A program made the translations under genes and the position numbers. Under the pieces are notes generated by a model that was not told the DNA's origin, made no database searches, and worked only from the letters and a program-made list of their open reading frames with translations. Positions 9,692-18,721 of a DNA stretch of 64,000 nucleotides are shown piece by piece; the stretch's first letter is position 1, and each line of letters opens with the position of its first letter. The stretch comes from an uncultured Bacilli bacterium (GTDB lineage: Bacteria; Bacillota_I; Bacilli_A; RF39; UBA660), in the NCBI GenBank assembly GCA_934085595.1, contig CAKOHK010000001.1:77429-141428 (forward strand). Reading direction: 5' to 3'.

Positions 9692-10497
9692 TTTATATCA
9701 CCCACTTTATATTTAATATCATTTTCTAAGAAATAATAATCTGTATCAAGTATATTAATAAGTTCTTTATCTCTATAATGTTCAAGAGTAACTTTTAACT
9801 CTAAATCACTCATAGTACTTGTATTTATTATTAAATAATCTATATCTAATAATTCATCTATATATTTATTAGCTGAAAATAATTTAAAGTTATTAATTAC
9901 TGTAGAATCTTCTTCCTCTCTTATCATTAATGGATGATGTGATACTTCTTCTTTAAGATTATATTTTTTACTATCACTATCTATATTATAATGAGTTTTA
10001 TAATTTGTTACTAGTTTTCTTTTAGAATATAAAAGAGTATTTCTATTTATTAAAAAATAATATAATTTACTTTTAGTTTTACTTCTTATTTCTTTAATTT
10101 CATCTATAGTTAAATCATTATTTATAACTACATTATTAATACCAATTTCACTTAAAAAATTAATAGCTTTATAATTAGATTCTATATGATTTTCAAATAA
10201 TACAAGTCTTTCTTTATCTATTATAGATGTTAACCCTATATCTTCTACTATAAACATTATATTTTTATTAAACTTTTCATATATTTCTTTAAAACTATTT
10301 ACACTTTTATGAATTAATTTATTCATAATTACATATGTTTTATGTTTAAGAGATATTTCATTTATTTCTTCTATACTATAATATATATCAAATCCACATG
10401 AATAATCTTTTAAAGGTAATATAAAAGCATTAAGTCCATGATCTAAAAATATATTTAAATCTTTTTTATTTGGAATTACTAAATATTTTTCTTGCAT
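9688..10497 (-). CDS. Peptidase U32 family protein (YrrN-like, shorter paralogue)
   Basis: 269 aa, adjacent and overlapping the second U32 gene. The position matches the paired U32 genes downstream of the O-methyltransferase. Confidence 0.6.
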   Translation of the reverse strand: MQEKYLVIPNKKDLNIFLDHGLNAFILPLKDYSCGFDIYYSIEEINEISLKHKTYVIMNKLIHKSVNSFKEIYEKFNKNIMFIVEDIGLTSIIDKERLVLFENHIESNYKAINFLSEIGINNVVINNDLTIDEIKEIRSKTKSKLYYFLINRNTLLYSKRKLVTNYKTHYNIDSDSKKYNLKEEVSHHPLMIREEEDSTVINNFKLFSANKYIDELLDIDYLIINTSTMSDLELKVTLEHYRDKELINILDTDYYFLENDIKYKVGDIK

Positions 10498-11072
10498 ACT
10501 ATTATACCATCTCCTATATCTACATGTTTAACACTATATTCATTTTGATTATCTATATATTCATGAAATGCTTCAAGTTTTCTAACTAGGCCTCTTAAAT
10601 TACGACTTTTAATAGTACTACTTTTACCTACAAATCCATGAAATAACATATTATCCACTATTATAGCACCATTATCGTTTAAATTATTTTTATACTTTTC
10701 AAAAAACTTAATATTTTGACTTTTAGCAGCATCTATTATTATTAAATCATATTTATCTTTAATATCTATCATAAGTGCATCTCCATATATTAAATTAATA
10801 TCAGAAAGATTACTTTTCTTTACATTACTAACAGCTATATTATATCTTTCTATATCTCTTTCAATACTAGTTACTTTAATATCATTATTATTTCTCAAAT
10901 ATATAGAAGAGTACGCTATTGCTGTACCTATTTCTAGTACACTTTTATACTCTTCTTTTTTAATCATATCATCTATATAAAATAATGTATCTTTTATCAT
11001 TATAGGTACATTATTTATTTTAGCATATTCTTCCATTTCACTTATTAAATTAGTATTCAAACCAAAGACCAT
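10479..11072 (-). CDS. SAM-dependent O-methyltransferase (YrrM-like)
   Basis: 197 aa with a class I methyltransferase fold motif (VLEIGTAIAYSSIYL...DIKVTSIERD). Positioned in synteny between mltG and the U32 genes. Confidence 0.75.
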   Translation of the reverse strand: MVFGLNTNLISEMEEYAKINNVPIMIKDTLFYIDDMIKKEEYKSVLEIGTAIAYSSIYLRNNNDIKVTSIERDIERYNIAVSNVKKSNLSDINLIYGDALMIDIKDKYDLIIIDAAKSQNIKFFEKYKNNLNDNGAIIVDNMLFHGFVGKSSTIKSRNLRGLVRKLEAFHEYIDNQNEYSVKHVDIGDGIIVCKKNI

Positions 11073-12117
11073 CCTTCTTTAACTTATTTATAGTACTTAC
11101 ATGTGCACTATCTGTTTTATTAAAATATGTTTTTCCATTTTTATCAGCAACAAAATAATAGTAATCACTCTTACTAGGATTAATACTAGCTTCAATTGAT
11201 TTAACACTCATATTACATATAGGCCCTACTGGCAATTTACCATTCATACATGTACTTCTTGTATTATATTTATTACAATCATTTAGTTCACTCTTATATA
11301 AATCTCTTTCATGTAAATCTATTTTAGCTGCATAGTATGTTGTTACATCACTTCCAAGAGACCATCCTGCATTTAGTCTATTATAAAATACTCCAGCAAC
11401 TCCCTTTCTATCATCAGCATTCCCAGCTTCAAGTTCAACTATAGATGCTAAAGTTAACATTTCATGAATACTATATTTACTACTATCTATTTGAGATTTA
11501 TAAGGATTAAGCTTATCACTCATATTATCAAGTAGTTTAGAAAACACTTCTTCAAGAGTACTATTTTTATAAAACTCATATGTATCAGGATATAAATACC
11601 CCTCAAGTGAATAATATAAATCTTTATTTTTAATATCATTTGTTAAGAACCAATATTTATTTATTAAACTATCTAAATATTTACTATCACTTAATTTGCT
11701 AGTTATCTCTTTTTCAGTAAAATTAAAATTAGACGTAAGTATTCTGATATACTTTCTCATATTTTCCCCAGGCTTAAATGTAAGAGTAACTGTTTCCATA
11801 GTACTACTAGTACCATCTTCTAATTTACTAATTAAATCTTTTAATTTTAAGTTTTTATTAAGATTATATTCACCTGCTTCAAGTCCACTCTTAGGTGTAT
11901 TTAATTTAATATATAGTCTATATGCAAAAGTACTCCTAATTAATCCTTCACTTTTAAGTTTATTATATATCGTACTATAAGTATCATCACTATCTATAGT
12001 AAGCACCACTTCACTACTATTTTTACTTGGCGCAGATATTAAATAAAACCATCCCCCTAACATAATTAATATTATAGATATTAATAATATAATTATTATA
12101 ATTAACTTCTTTTTCAT
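11050..12117 (-). CDS. mltG: Endolytic murein transglycosylase MltG (YceG family)
   Basis: 355 aa with an N-terminal TM helix and a YceG-like domain. Conserved position downstream of ruvX/DUF1292. Confidence 0.8.
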   Translation of the reverse strand: MKKKLIIIIILLISIILIMLGGWFYLISAPSKNSSEVVLTIDSDDTYSTIYNKLKSEGLIRSTFAYRLYIKLNTPKSGLEAGEYNLNKNLKLKDLISKLEDGTSSTMETVTLTFKPGENMRKYIRILTSNFNFTEKEITSKLSDSKYLDSLINKYWFLTNDIKNKDLYYSLEGYLYPDTYEFYKNSTLEEVFSKLLDNMSDKLNPYKSQIDSSKYSIHEMLTLASIVELEAGNADDRKGVAGVFYNRLNAGWSLGSDVTTYYAAKIDLHERDLYKSELNDCNKYNTRSTCMNGKLPVGPICNMSVKSIEASINPSKSDYYYFVADKNGKTYFNKTDSAHVSTINKLKKDGLWFEY

Positions 12118-12127
12118 TCTTTTACTC

Positions 12128-12385
12128 CTATTTTTGTAATGTATTTAATATTTTAGTTATAAATATAATATCATCCTTTTCTTTTATATTTTTAAGTTTA
12201 GTCATATTCCCTTTATCACTTATTTCATATGAACTTATAAAAGCACGTACTTCGCCATCTTCATCTTCTAAATCATCTGTATATATTACATAATTTTTAT
12301 TATTAGCGCTTTCTATATTAAAAAGTATTCTATATTCTTTCTTAGTACCATTCTTATCTTTAAAACTAAGGTAATTTTTTTTCAT
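12128..12385 (-). CDS. DUF1292 family protein (YrzB-like)
   Basis: 85 aa, acidic (YTDDLEDEDGEVRAF). Position conserved between ruvX and mltG. Confidence 0.65.
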   Translation of the reverse strand: MKKNYLSFKDKNGTKKEYRILFNIESANNKNYVIYTDDLEDEDGEVRAFISSYEISDKGNMTKLKNIKEKDDIIFITKILNTLQK

Positions 12386-12794
12386 TATTACTCCTATCTA
12401 AATATGTTTGTAATATTATAGTTGATGCCATTTTATCTATAACTTTTCTTCTTTTCTTTCTTCTAGTATTATTACTTATAAGTATATTTTCAGCTTCTAC
12501 TGTAGATAATCTCTCATCTTGCATAATAACTTCAATATTAAACTCTTTAGTAAGTTTATCTTTAAACTCATATGATATTATACTTCTTTTAGATTCAGTT
12601 CCATTCATATTAAGAGGATTACCTAGTATTATTTTAGTTATATTTTTTTCTTCTATTATTTCTCTAAGTCTATTAAATAGTTCTTCTTCTTTTTCATATC
12701 TTATTACTTCTAAAGGTGAAGATATTATATTACTTTTATCACTAATACTTACGCCTAGTGTTTTACTTCCTAAATCAAGCCCCAAATATGGCAT
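12366..12794 (-). CDS. ruvX: Putative pre-16S rRNA nuclease / Holliday junction resolvase-like YqgF (RuvX)
   Basis: 142 aa with the N-terminal motif MPYLGLDLGSKTLGVSISD typical of YqgF/RuvX. Confidence 0.85.
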   Translation of the reverse strand: MPYLGLDLGSKTLGVSISDKSNIISSPLEVIRYEKEEELFNRLREIIEEKNITKIILGNPLNMNGTESKRSIISYEFKDKLTKEFNIEVIMQDERLSTVEAENILISNNTRRKKRRKVIDKMASTIILQTYLDRSNNEKKLP

Positions 12795-13051
12795 TACTTA
12801 ATAAACTCCTCAAGCATTACTTCTAATATTTCTTCTATTTTAAACTCAAGTATTCTTCTTCTACATTCTTTATAACTTGAAATATACCCAGGATCACCAC
12901 TAACCAAGTATGCAACTATTTGTTTAACTGGATTGTGTCCTCTTTCACTTAGATCCTCACATATACCAAGTAAAGTACTCCTAATATTATTATTAATTAT
13001 AGTTTTAGTATCTACAACAGTAGTTTTATCTCCCATAACATCACCTTCCAT
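12794..13051 (-). CDS. ireB: UPF0297 family protein IreB-like (YrzL)
   Basis: 85 aa (LSERGHNPVKQIVAYLVSGDPGYISS). Conserved ireB-ruvX-DUF1292-mltG order. Confidence 0.7.
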   Translation of the reverse strand: MEGDVMGDKTTVVDTKTIINNNIRSTLLGICEDLSERGHNPVKQIVAYLVSGDPGYISSYKECRRRILEFKIEEILEVMLEEFIK

Positions 13052-13090
13052 TTACTTATTCTATCAAAATATATATACATTTTCAAGCAA

Positions 13091-13118
13091 ACAAAATAAA
13101 AAATGAACATAAGTTCAT
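13091..13118 (-). terminator. Rho-independent terminator of variable-protein gene 1 (family-conserved ATGAAC/GTTCAT hairpin + T tract)
   Basis: Stem ATGAAC(13103-13108) loop ATAA GTTCAT(13113-13118). On the minus strand it is followed by TTTTTTATTTT. The same element follows the paralogues at ~36899-36925 and ~51543-51563. Confidence 0.65.
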
Positions 13119-13121
13119 TAA

Positions 13122-14570
13122 TTATTGAATAACAAAAGGATTATCAGTGCTTCCATCACCTGATATATATTTGACATTAGTATCAAGATATACAGACTGA
13201 CGCAATCCGCCGCTGCGGTTCGTACCAGTGTAGTCCACACCACCGTTGCTGAACACACCCAACGCACCAGCTGAGACATACGAAATAGGCGACACGGCCC
13301 AAAACCAATTACTTGTATCTAATAGCCAGTTAGTACTTTTACATGTTTCACTTCTATAGTCTGTATTATATGGTGAAGAACCACTATCATCATAACCTTT
13401 TTTAGTATCATCATTATAACATGCGCTACTTGCATACATATAATCACTTGGATATATTAATGCTACTTTCCCATCCCATGTTTGTTTATTTCCATTATGT
13501 ACATTAGTACTTCTTTCTTGAGTATATATTTCTTTTGTAGTTCCATATCCAACATTATTTGTCCACACAACACTCCCAAGGTACCATTTTGTACTGCTTA
13601 TTTGACCTTTTGCTTTATCTGTTAAGCCATTGCTTGCATATGTACCTGTTCTATTGTAATACTCTCCTCTATTTAATGTGGTCATTAATGTAGCGGTCGT
13701 CCAGTCATTATAGTTTGTTGCTGAATTAGTCTCGTTCCATACTGCTGTTCCGATGCTTTCCCTTACTATTTTGACTTTATTTTCTCTCGTGTATGTTCCA
13801 TCACCATTAGGTGTTTCTGCTTCAAATACTCCAATTATTCTCCACACTCCAGTTTCCCCATTAAATGTTATATAGTTATTTGGAGTTTTACCCTGGTATC
13901 TATATTCTGTTGTTGCATAGTTTTGATTGCCTGATGCTGTTTGGTCTATTTTTGTTAAACCTAATGTACTATAATTATCTATTAGATAATTTGTAAGTAT
14001 TACTTTCTTACTACTCTCTGCTGCCGCAAGAACTCCATAGAACTTTTTACCTTGGTTATAATTTTGCGCTTTATCTTCATAATTTATAAACTCTATAGTT
14101 ACTGTATAAGTGTGTTTCTCACCCGGCAATATTTTCACATTTTCTTTATATGGATATATTACTTTATTTGTTTCTGCGGTTACTTCTGAAGTTTGTGGGA
14201 TAATCACATTTTCAGTATTATCACATGTTCCACCAGTAGCTCCACTACTTATACATGTACTTCTTATAACAAGTTCCTCTTTTTGAATCTCATTATAAAG
14301 CTTTTGCCATCCTAAAGCATAATATGCTTCTTCATTACCAGTATTTTCTACAGTTATAGTTTTAGTAGTTGTCCATTTTGGCTCAATACTATCTACTTTA
14401 ATTTCTTTTCCATCAGTATAAATTAATTCAATCTTAGTAGTACTTACATTTATAGTTTCTGCTACATCATTACCACTTACTACTAAGCTAAAATATGCAT
14501 AAGTAATTCCGGTAATTATTAAAAACACACTTGTAAGTATTACTGCTAATAATATTTTTTTATCTTTCAT
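13122..14570 (-). CDS. Secreted hypervariable protein, paralogue 1: TasA/camelysin-like N-terminal domain (SipW-type signal peptide) + conserved C-terminal domain ending in a DGR-type variable repeat
   Basis: 482 aa. The N-terminus MKDKKILLAVILTSVFLIITGITYAYFSLVVSG resembles the SipW-cognate AYFSD class. The block ...ITVENTGNEEAYYAL...DKAQNYNQGKKFYGVL parallels camelysin (...FLLQNSGSL...GKDQNIFQGDSLNLEW). The C-terminal ~40 codons (approx 13185-13305) are GC-rich and differ from the paralogues mainly at positions that are Asn codons in the 51567..51797 copy. Confidence 0.8.
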   Translation of the reverse strand: MKDKKILLAVILTSVFLIITGITYAYFSLVVSGNDVAETINVSTTKIELIYTDGKEIKVDSIEPKWTTTKTITVENTGNEEAYYALGWQKLYNEIQKEELVIRSTCISSGATGGTCDNTENVIIPQTSEVTAETNKVIYPYKENVKILPGEKHTYTVTIEFINYEDKAQNYNQGKKFYGVLAAAESSKKVILTNYLIDNYSTLGLTKIDQTASGNQNYATTEYRYQGKTPNNYITFNGETGVWRIIGVFEAETPNGDGTYTRENKVKIVRESIGTAVWNETNSATNYNDWTTATLMTTLNRGEYYNRTGTYASNGLTDKAKGQISSTKWYLGSVVWTNNVGYGTTKEIYTQERSTNVHNGNKQTWDGKVALIYPSDYMYASSACYNDDTKKGYDDSGSSPYNTDYRSETCKSTNWLLDTSNWFWAVSPISYVSAGALGVFSNGGVDYTGTNRSGGLRQSVYLDTNVKYISGDGSTDNPFVIQ

Positions 14571-14596
14571 TCTATGTACTCCTATCTTCTATTAGT

Positions 14597-14625
14597 ATTA
14601 TACTTTAATTAAATCTATATTTCAA
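14597..14625 (-). promoter_or_regulatory. Consensus sigma-A promoter of variable-protein gene 1 (TTGAAA-N17-TATAAT)
   Basis: On the minus strand the -35 TTGAAA lies at 14620-14625, followed by a 17-bp spacer and -10 TATAAT at 14597-14602. The 5'UTR then carries an AGGAG RBS before ATG 14570. The promoter block is conserved upstream of all family members. Confidence 0.6.
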
Positions 14626-14676
14626 TATCAAAATAAAAAGCAAACATAAATGTTCACTTTTCATACATCAATTATA

Positions 14677-16251
14677 TTATAATGATGAAACAGGTTCTTC
14701 TTTAAATCTTAAAGCAATATATCCAACTGTAAATGCCCCTAGTATTGCAAGTAATAAAGTACCATAATCTTCTACACCAGTTTTAGCATTATATTCTAGT
14801 TTAACTTCATTATGAGGATTAACATCAATAATCTTAGCACTTACTATTACTACTTGATCTAGTTTAGATTCTGAATAGAACAATCTTCCTCTATTACTAT
14901 CAGTATTATATACTTTACCTTTACCATCTAAATCAATATTAATTTGAGTAGTAGATTTATATTTATTATCTATTCTTATATAGAACTCTGAATATCCTTC
15001 ATTATCACTATTATTAATATTTGTTACATTATATACTTTCTTACCATCTACTTCACTATATGGAAGTTCTTTTAAATCTTTATCCACTAAAGTAACACCT
15101 TCAGAAGGATTTGTAACTTTAGCAGTTATGCTATTCCAATCAGTAACTAACATTTTAGATTTAACTTTATATGGTCCATAATATTCAGCATCACTTTCAC
15201 TTTTATATGCTTCTTTACTTGGAAGTTCAAGTACTAATTCATTTTTATATGTGTCATCTACATATTTATCTCTATCTTTAATTAAGAATTGATATAATTT
15301 ATTAAGTTCACTATTACCAACTAATGTATCACCTAAATATAATTTATTTTCCCCATCAAGTTCATAATATTCCCCTATTACTTTCCATACTGCATATTGT
15401 ACAGTAGCATACACAGCATTACTTACATTTTCTTCACTATTATTTAAAGATGAAAGTAATGTTTCATAAGATACTCCAGCATATTCTAAACTATCTTTTA
15501 AACTTAGTGATGGATAACTATGCTCTATAATATATAAAGCTTTTCTATATCCTATACTATCACTCATTTCACTTGCTGTATAATGGTTAATCATAAAATC
15601 ACTTTTCTTAAATGTTACACTTACTTTACCATCAACTATTTCTTTTCCAAGACTAGATGCTATATCATTAGCATTTAATAATTTAACATCTCTACTATTA
15701 GCTTTTGGTATAAAACCTATACTAGTCATACTAGAAGTAATCTCTTCTCCATTATTAAATGCAGTAATAGTGCTTTCACTAGGATCACTTACCATATCAA
15801 CATAATATCCAGTAACATCATCTATACCATCAAGTAAATTACAACCACTTTTATTATTACATTCTTTTAATATTTGAAAAGCAGTCATTATTTTAATTAA
15901 ATCTTTACCACTCATAGTAGTAGCAATATATTGATATTCTGGATATTTTTTATTTCCATCCATACAATAAGCACTAAAATAATTACTTTCATTTCCACTA
16001 TAAATAATTTTCATATCACTTTTACCAGTAATATACTTATCATTTACATTAGTAGTAAACTTAACATAACTATAGTCAAAAGAATCTCCTACTGTAAAGT
16101 CTCTCTTATCCCCTACATTAAATCCACTTTCATTTATTTTAGGAATTATTCTAGCACTATTAGCACTTTGACTTGCTGCTATAACATCAGTTTTTAACAT
16201 AAAACCTAAAACAAAAGTAAATAAAACAAACAATAAAAATCTTTTTTTCAT
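14677..16251 (-). CDS. Secreted surface protein, putative thioester-domain (TQXA-like) adhesin with C-terminal sorting-signal-like anchor
   Basis: 524 aa with a signal peptide (MKKRFLLFVLFTFVLGFMLKTDVIAAS). A Cys-containing motif SAYCMDGNKKYPE is present, together with a Gln motif ATVQYAVWKV resembling TQXA(V)W. The C-terminus YNAKTG-VEDYGTLLLAILGAFTVGYIAL-RFKEE looks like an LPXTG-type tripartite signal with a non-canonical NAKTG motif. Confidence 0.4.
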   Translation of the reverse strand: MKKRFLLFVLFTFVLGFMLKTDVIAASQSANSARIIPKINESGFNVGDKRDFTVGDSFDYSYVKFTTNVNDKYITGKSDMKIIYSGNESNYFSAYCMDGNKKYPEYQYIATTMSGKDLIKIMTAFQILKECNNKSGCNLLDGIDDVTGYYVDMVSDPSESTITAFNNGEEITSSMTSIGFIPKANSRDVKLLNANDIASSLGKEIVDGKVSVTFKKSDFMINHYTASEMSDSIGYRKALYIIEHSYPSLSLKDSLEYAGVSYETLLSSLNNSEENVSNAVYATVQYAVWKVIGEYYELDGENKLYLGDTLVGNSELNKLYQFLIKDRDKYVDDTYKNELVLELPSKEAYKSESDAEYYGPYKVKSKMLVTDWNSITAKVTNPSEGVTLVDKDLKELPYSEVDGKKVYNVTNINNSDNEGYSEFYIRIDNKYKSTTQINIDLDGKGKVYNTDSNRGRLFYSESKLDQVVIVSAKIIDVNPHNEVKLEYNAKTGVEDYGTLLLAILGAFTVGYIALRFKEEPVSSL

Positions 16252-16340
16252 ATCCTCTCCTTATACTATAAACATAATATCATTTTTATATGTAAACATC
16301 AATATATTTTTAAAAAATCAAGTAAGAAAAAAGCACAAAA

Positions 16341-16970
16341 TTAATTTTTGTACTCATTATAATTACATTTATTTTTAAATGGACAATCATTACATTTCGG
16401 ATTCTTAGCTGTGCATATATATCTTCCAAATAAAACCATCGCACTATTTATATAATTCCATTTATCTTTATCAAAATACTCTTTTAGTTTTACTTCTGTA
16501 CTTAATACATCATCTTTATCATTTGTAATTCCAAATCTTTTACTTACTCTAAATACATGTGTATCTACTGCAAATGATGGTTCATTAAAAAGTATTCCTA
16601 ATACTACACTTGCTGTTTTTCTTCCAACTCCAGGTAAACTTTCTAAATATTCTCTATCATTAGGTACATATCCTATAGCATTAAGTTTATTTACTATTTC
16701 TTTAAAATGTAATGCTTTAGTTTTATAAAATCCAAGACTTCTAATATATCGTTCTATTTCATAAACACTAAGATTATTAAGCTTTTCTAAAGTATCATAT
16801 TTATTATATAATTCTTTAGTAACTATATTTACTCTTTTATCTGTAGTTTGAGCAGATAACATAACTGAAAGTAATAATTCATAATCATTTTTATACAGAA
16901 GTTCACATTTAGCATCTTTAAATAATCTTTTAAACTCTTTATATACTTCTTCTTTATTCATCATCTTCAA
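16341..16970 (-). CDS. nth: Endonuclease III (DNA glycosylase/AP lyase)
   Basis: HhH-GPD family with a C-terminal 4Fe-4S cluster loop (CTAKNPKCNDCPFKNKC). Adjacent to the dnaD-like gene, as in Bacillus. Confidence 0.85.
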   Translation of the reverse strand: MKMMNKEEVYKEFKRLFKDAKCELLYKNDYELLLSVMLSAQTTDKRVNIVTKELYNKYDTLEKLNNLSVYEIERYIRSLGFYKTKALHFKEIVNKLNAIGYVPNDREYLESLPGVGRKTASVVLGILFNEPSFAVDTHVFRVSKRFGITNDKDDVLSTEVKLKEYFDKDKWNYINSAMVLFGRYICTAKNPKCNDCPFKNKCNYNEYKN

Positions 16971-17550
16971 GCCAATTATAATCCTCTATATCTTTATATT
17001 TTTCATGAGTATTATTACTTCTTTTCTTAATACCATTTTTATTCCATTCATATACTATCTTTTCTATATATTTAAAATTACCCGCACCACTTAATATAGC
17101 TTCTTTAAGTGCTCCTTTTATTATATCTTCACTAACCCCATCACTTATCCATCTTTCAATCATTTCATATTCAAAACTAGAAAGTCCTCTTCCAAGTTCT
17201 TTTTCATATAATTTAAATATATCTGTATTTTCATCAACTTTTTTATTTAATAATAATCTATCATAAAAAGAATCAAGTTTTATTTTTTCTAAAACATTTC
17301 CATTATTATTAACTACATTCATCCCAATATATTTCTTTTTAATTAAATTATTAAATGCTTCATATATTTCTTCATCTTCAAGGCCTATCTTATCTTTTAT
17401 ATCATCCATATTTAAATCACATGATATATTGATAAAATATAATATAAGTAAAAACTCATTTAAACTTAAATCTAATTTAGATATACATTTAACTACATTA
17501 TGATTAATAATAAAGTCTTTAGTAATATATTCATTTCTTAAATCCCCCAT
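16954..17550 (-). CDS. dnaD: DnaD/DnaB-domain replication initiation protein (DnaD-like)
   Basis: 198 aa. The C-terminal DnaD-like domain (YIEKIVYEWNKNGIKK) resembles the YxxxIxxxW motif. Position conserved next to nth. Confidence 0.55.
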   Translation of the reverse strand: MGDLRNEYITKDFIINHNVVKCISKLDLSLNEFLLILYFINISCDLNMDDIKDKIGLEDEEIYEAFNNLIKKKYIGMNVVNNNGNVLEKIKLDSFYDRLLLNKKVDENTDIFKLYEKELGRGLSSFEYEMIERWISDGVSEDIIKGALKEAILSGAGNFKYIEKIVYEWNKNGIKKRSNNTHEKYKDIEDYNWLEDDE

Positions 17551-17559
17551 AATTCCTCC

Positions 17560-18633
17560 TTATTTTTCTTGTTTTTTATACCACTTTTTTACATATCTAA
17601 TTATACTTTTTTTCTTATTTCTAATTTTTCTATCTAATATAGCTTTTTCTATATCTTTAAAACATCTATTTATATATTTTTTATCTATTATTTCTAGTAA
17701 GTCATTATTGTTTATGTCTATATCACTTCTATTATGTATTGGCATAAGAGCAAATTCTATTAATGCACTTTTCTTTTTAAGTATCATACATGCTAGAAGT
17801 ACTAAAATAAACTCATTATAATACAAATCATATTTATCTATTTTCTTTTTACGTACTAGTTCTTTTATTTTATTTATCGCATCTCTATCAAACTTACAAA
17901 AATTAATATCTGTTTCTATTTGTGCCCATATTCCCCATCCAAGTGCTGGTACTATTTTATCATATTCTAAGTGTAAATATGATTTTAAATTATATTCATC
18001 CACAAAATCAAAAAAATCTTTTACATAATCTCCTTCAAATATTTTATCTAGTTCACTATGTATAAACTCTTTACTTAATGTTTTAAATACATCTTTATTT
18101 AAAAGTATAAAATCTGTTATTTCTTCATCTAATTTAAATCCGAGAGTAAAACTAAGTCTTATAGCTCTAAGTACTCTTGTATTATCTTCCATAAGTTTAT
18201 CATGTGTATTTCCAATACATCTAATTATTTTATTTTCAAAATCATTTATACCATCACCTGATGGATCAATAACTTCTCCATCTATCCCAGCATATAAAGC
18301 ATTTATAGTAAAATCACGTCTTACATAATCTTCTTCTATACTATTACATAGCTCTATTTTAATTGGTTTATTATTTTTATATTTAAGTTCTTTTCTAAAT
18401 GTAGTTATTTCATATGTCATAATGTCATATTTAAAATGTATACTTGAATATTCTTTAAACTTCTTAATATTATATTTAGAAAATAACTCACATAATGTAT
18501 CAAAATCAGCATCTGTACATATATCTACATCAAAATAAGGCAAGTAAGCTATATTAGATCTTACACACCCACCAACTAAATAAGCTTGATAACCTGCTTT
18601 TAATAAAATATTTAAAACTATTTCTTCATCCAT
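17560..18633 (-). CDS. cca: tRNA nucleotidyltransferase (CCA-adding enzyme, poly(A) polymerase family)
   Basis: 357 aa. Head-domain motif GGCVRS and the RRDFTINA motif are present. Confidence 0.75.
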   Translation of the reverse strand: MDEEIVLNILLKAGYQAYLVGGCVRSNIAYLPYFDVDICTDADFDTLCELFSKYNIKKFKEYSSIHFKYDIMTYEITTFRKELKYKNNKPIKIELCNSIEEDYVRRDFTINALYAGIDGEVIDPSGDGINDFENKIIRCIGNTHDKLMEDNTRVLRAIRLSFTLGFKLDEEITDFILLNKDVFKTLSKEFIHSELDKIFEGDYVKDFFDFVDEYNLKSYLHLEYDKIVPALGWGIWAQIETDINFCKFDRDAINKIKELVRKKKIDKYDLYYNEFILVLLACMILKKKSALIEFALMPIHNRSDIDINNNDLLEIIDKKYINRCFKDIEKAILDRKIRNKKKSIIRYVKKWYKKQEK

Positions 18634-18721
18634 ACATTAATTGTATCAAATATTATTAAATTGTTCTACTTAAAAATTAAAAATAGATTTATAATTAACA
18701 TTAAATTAAAAAAGAATATTT

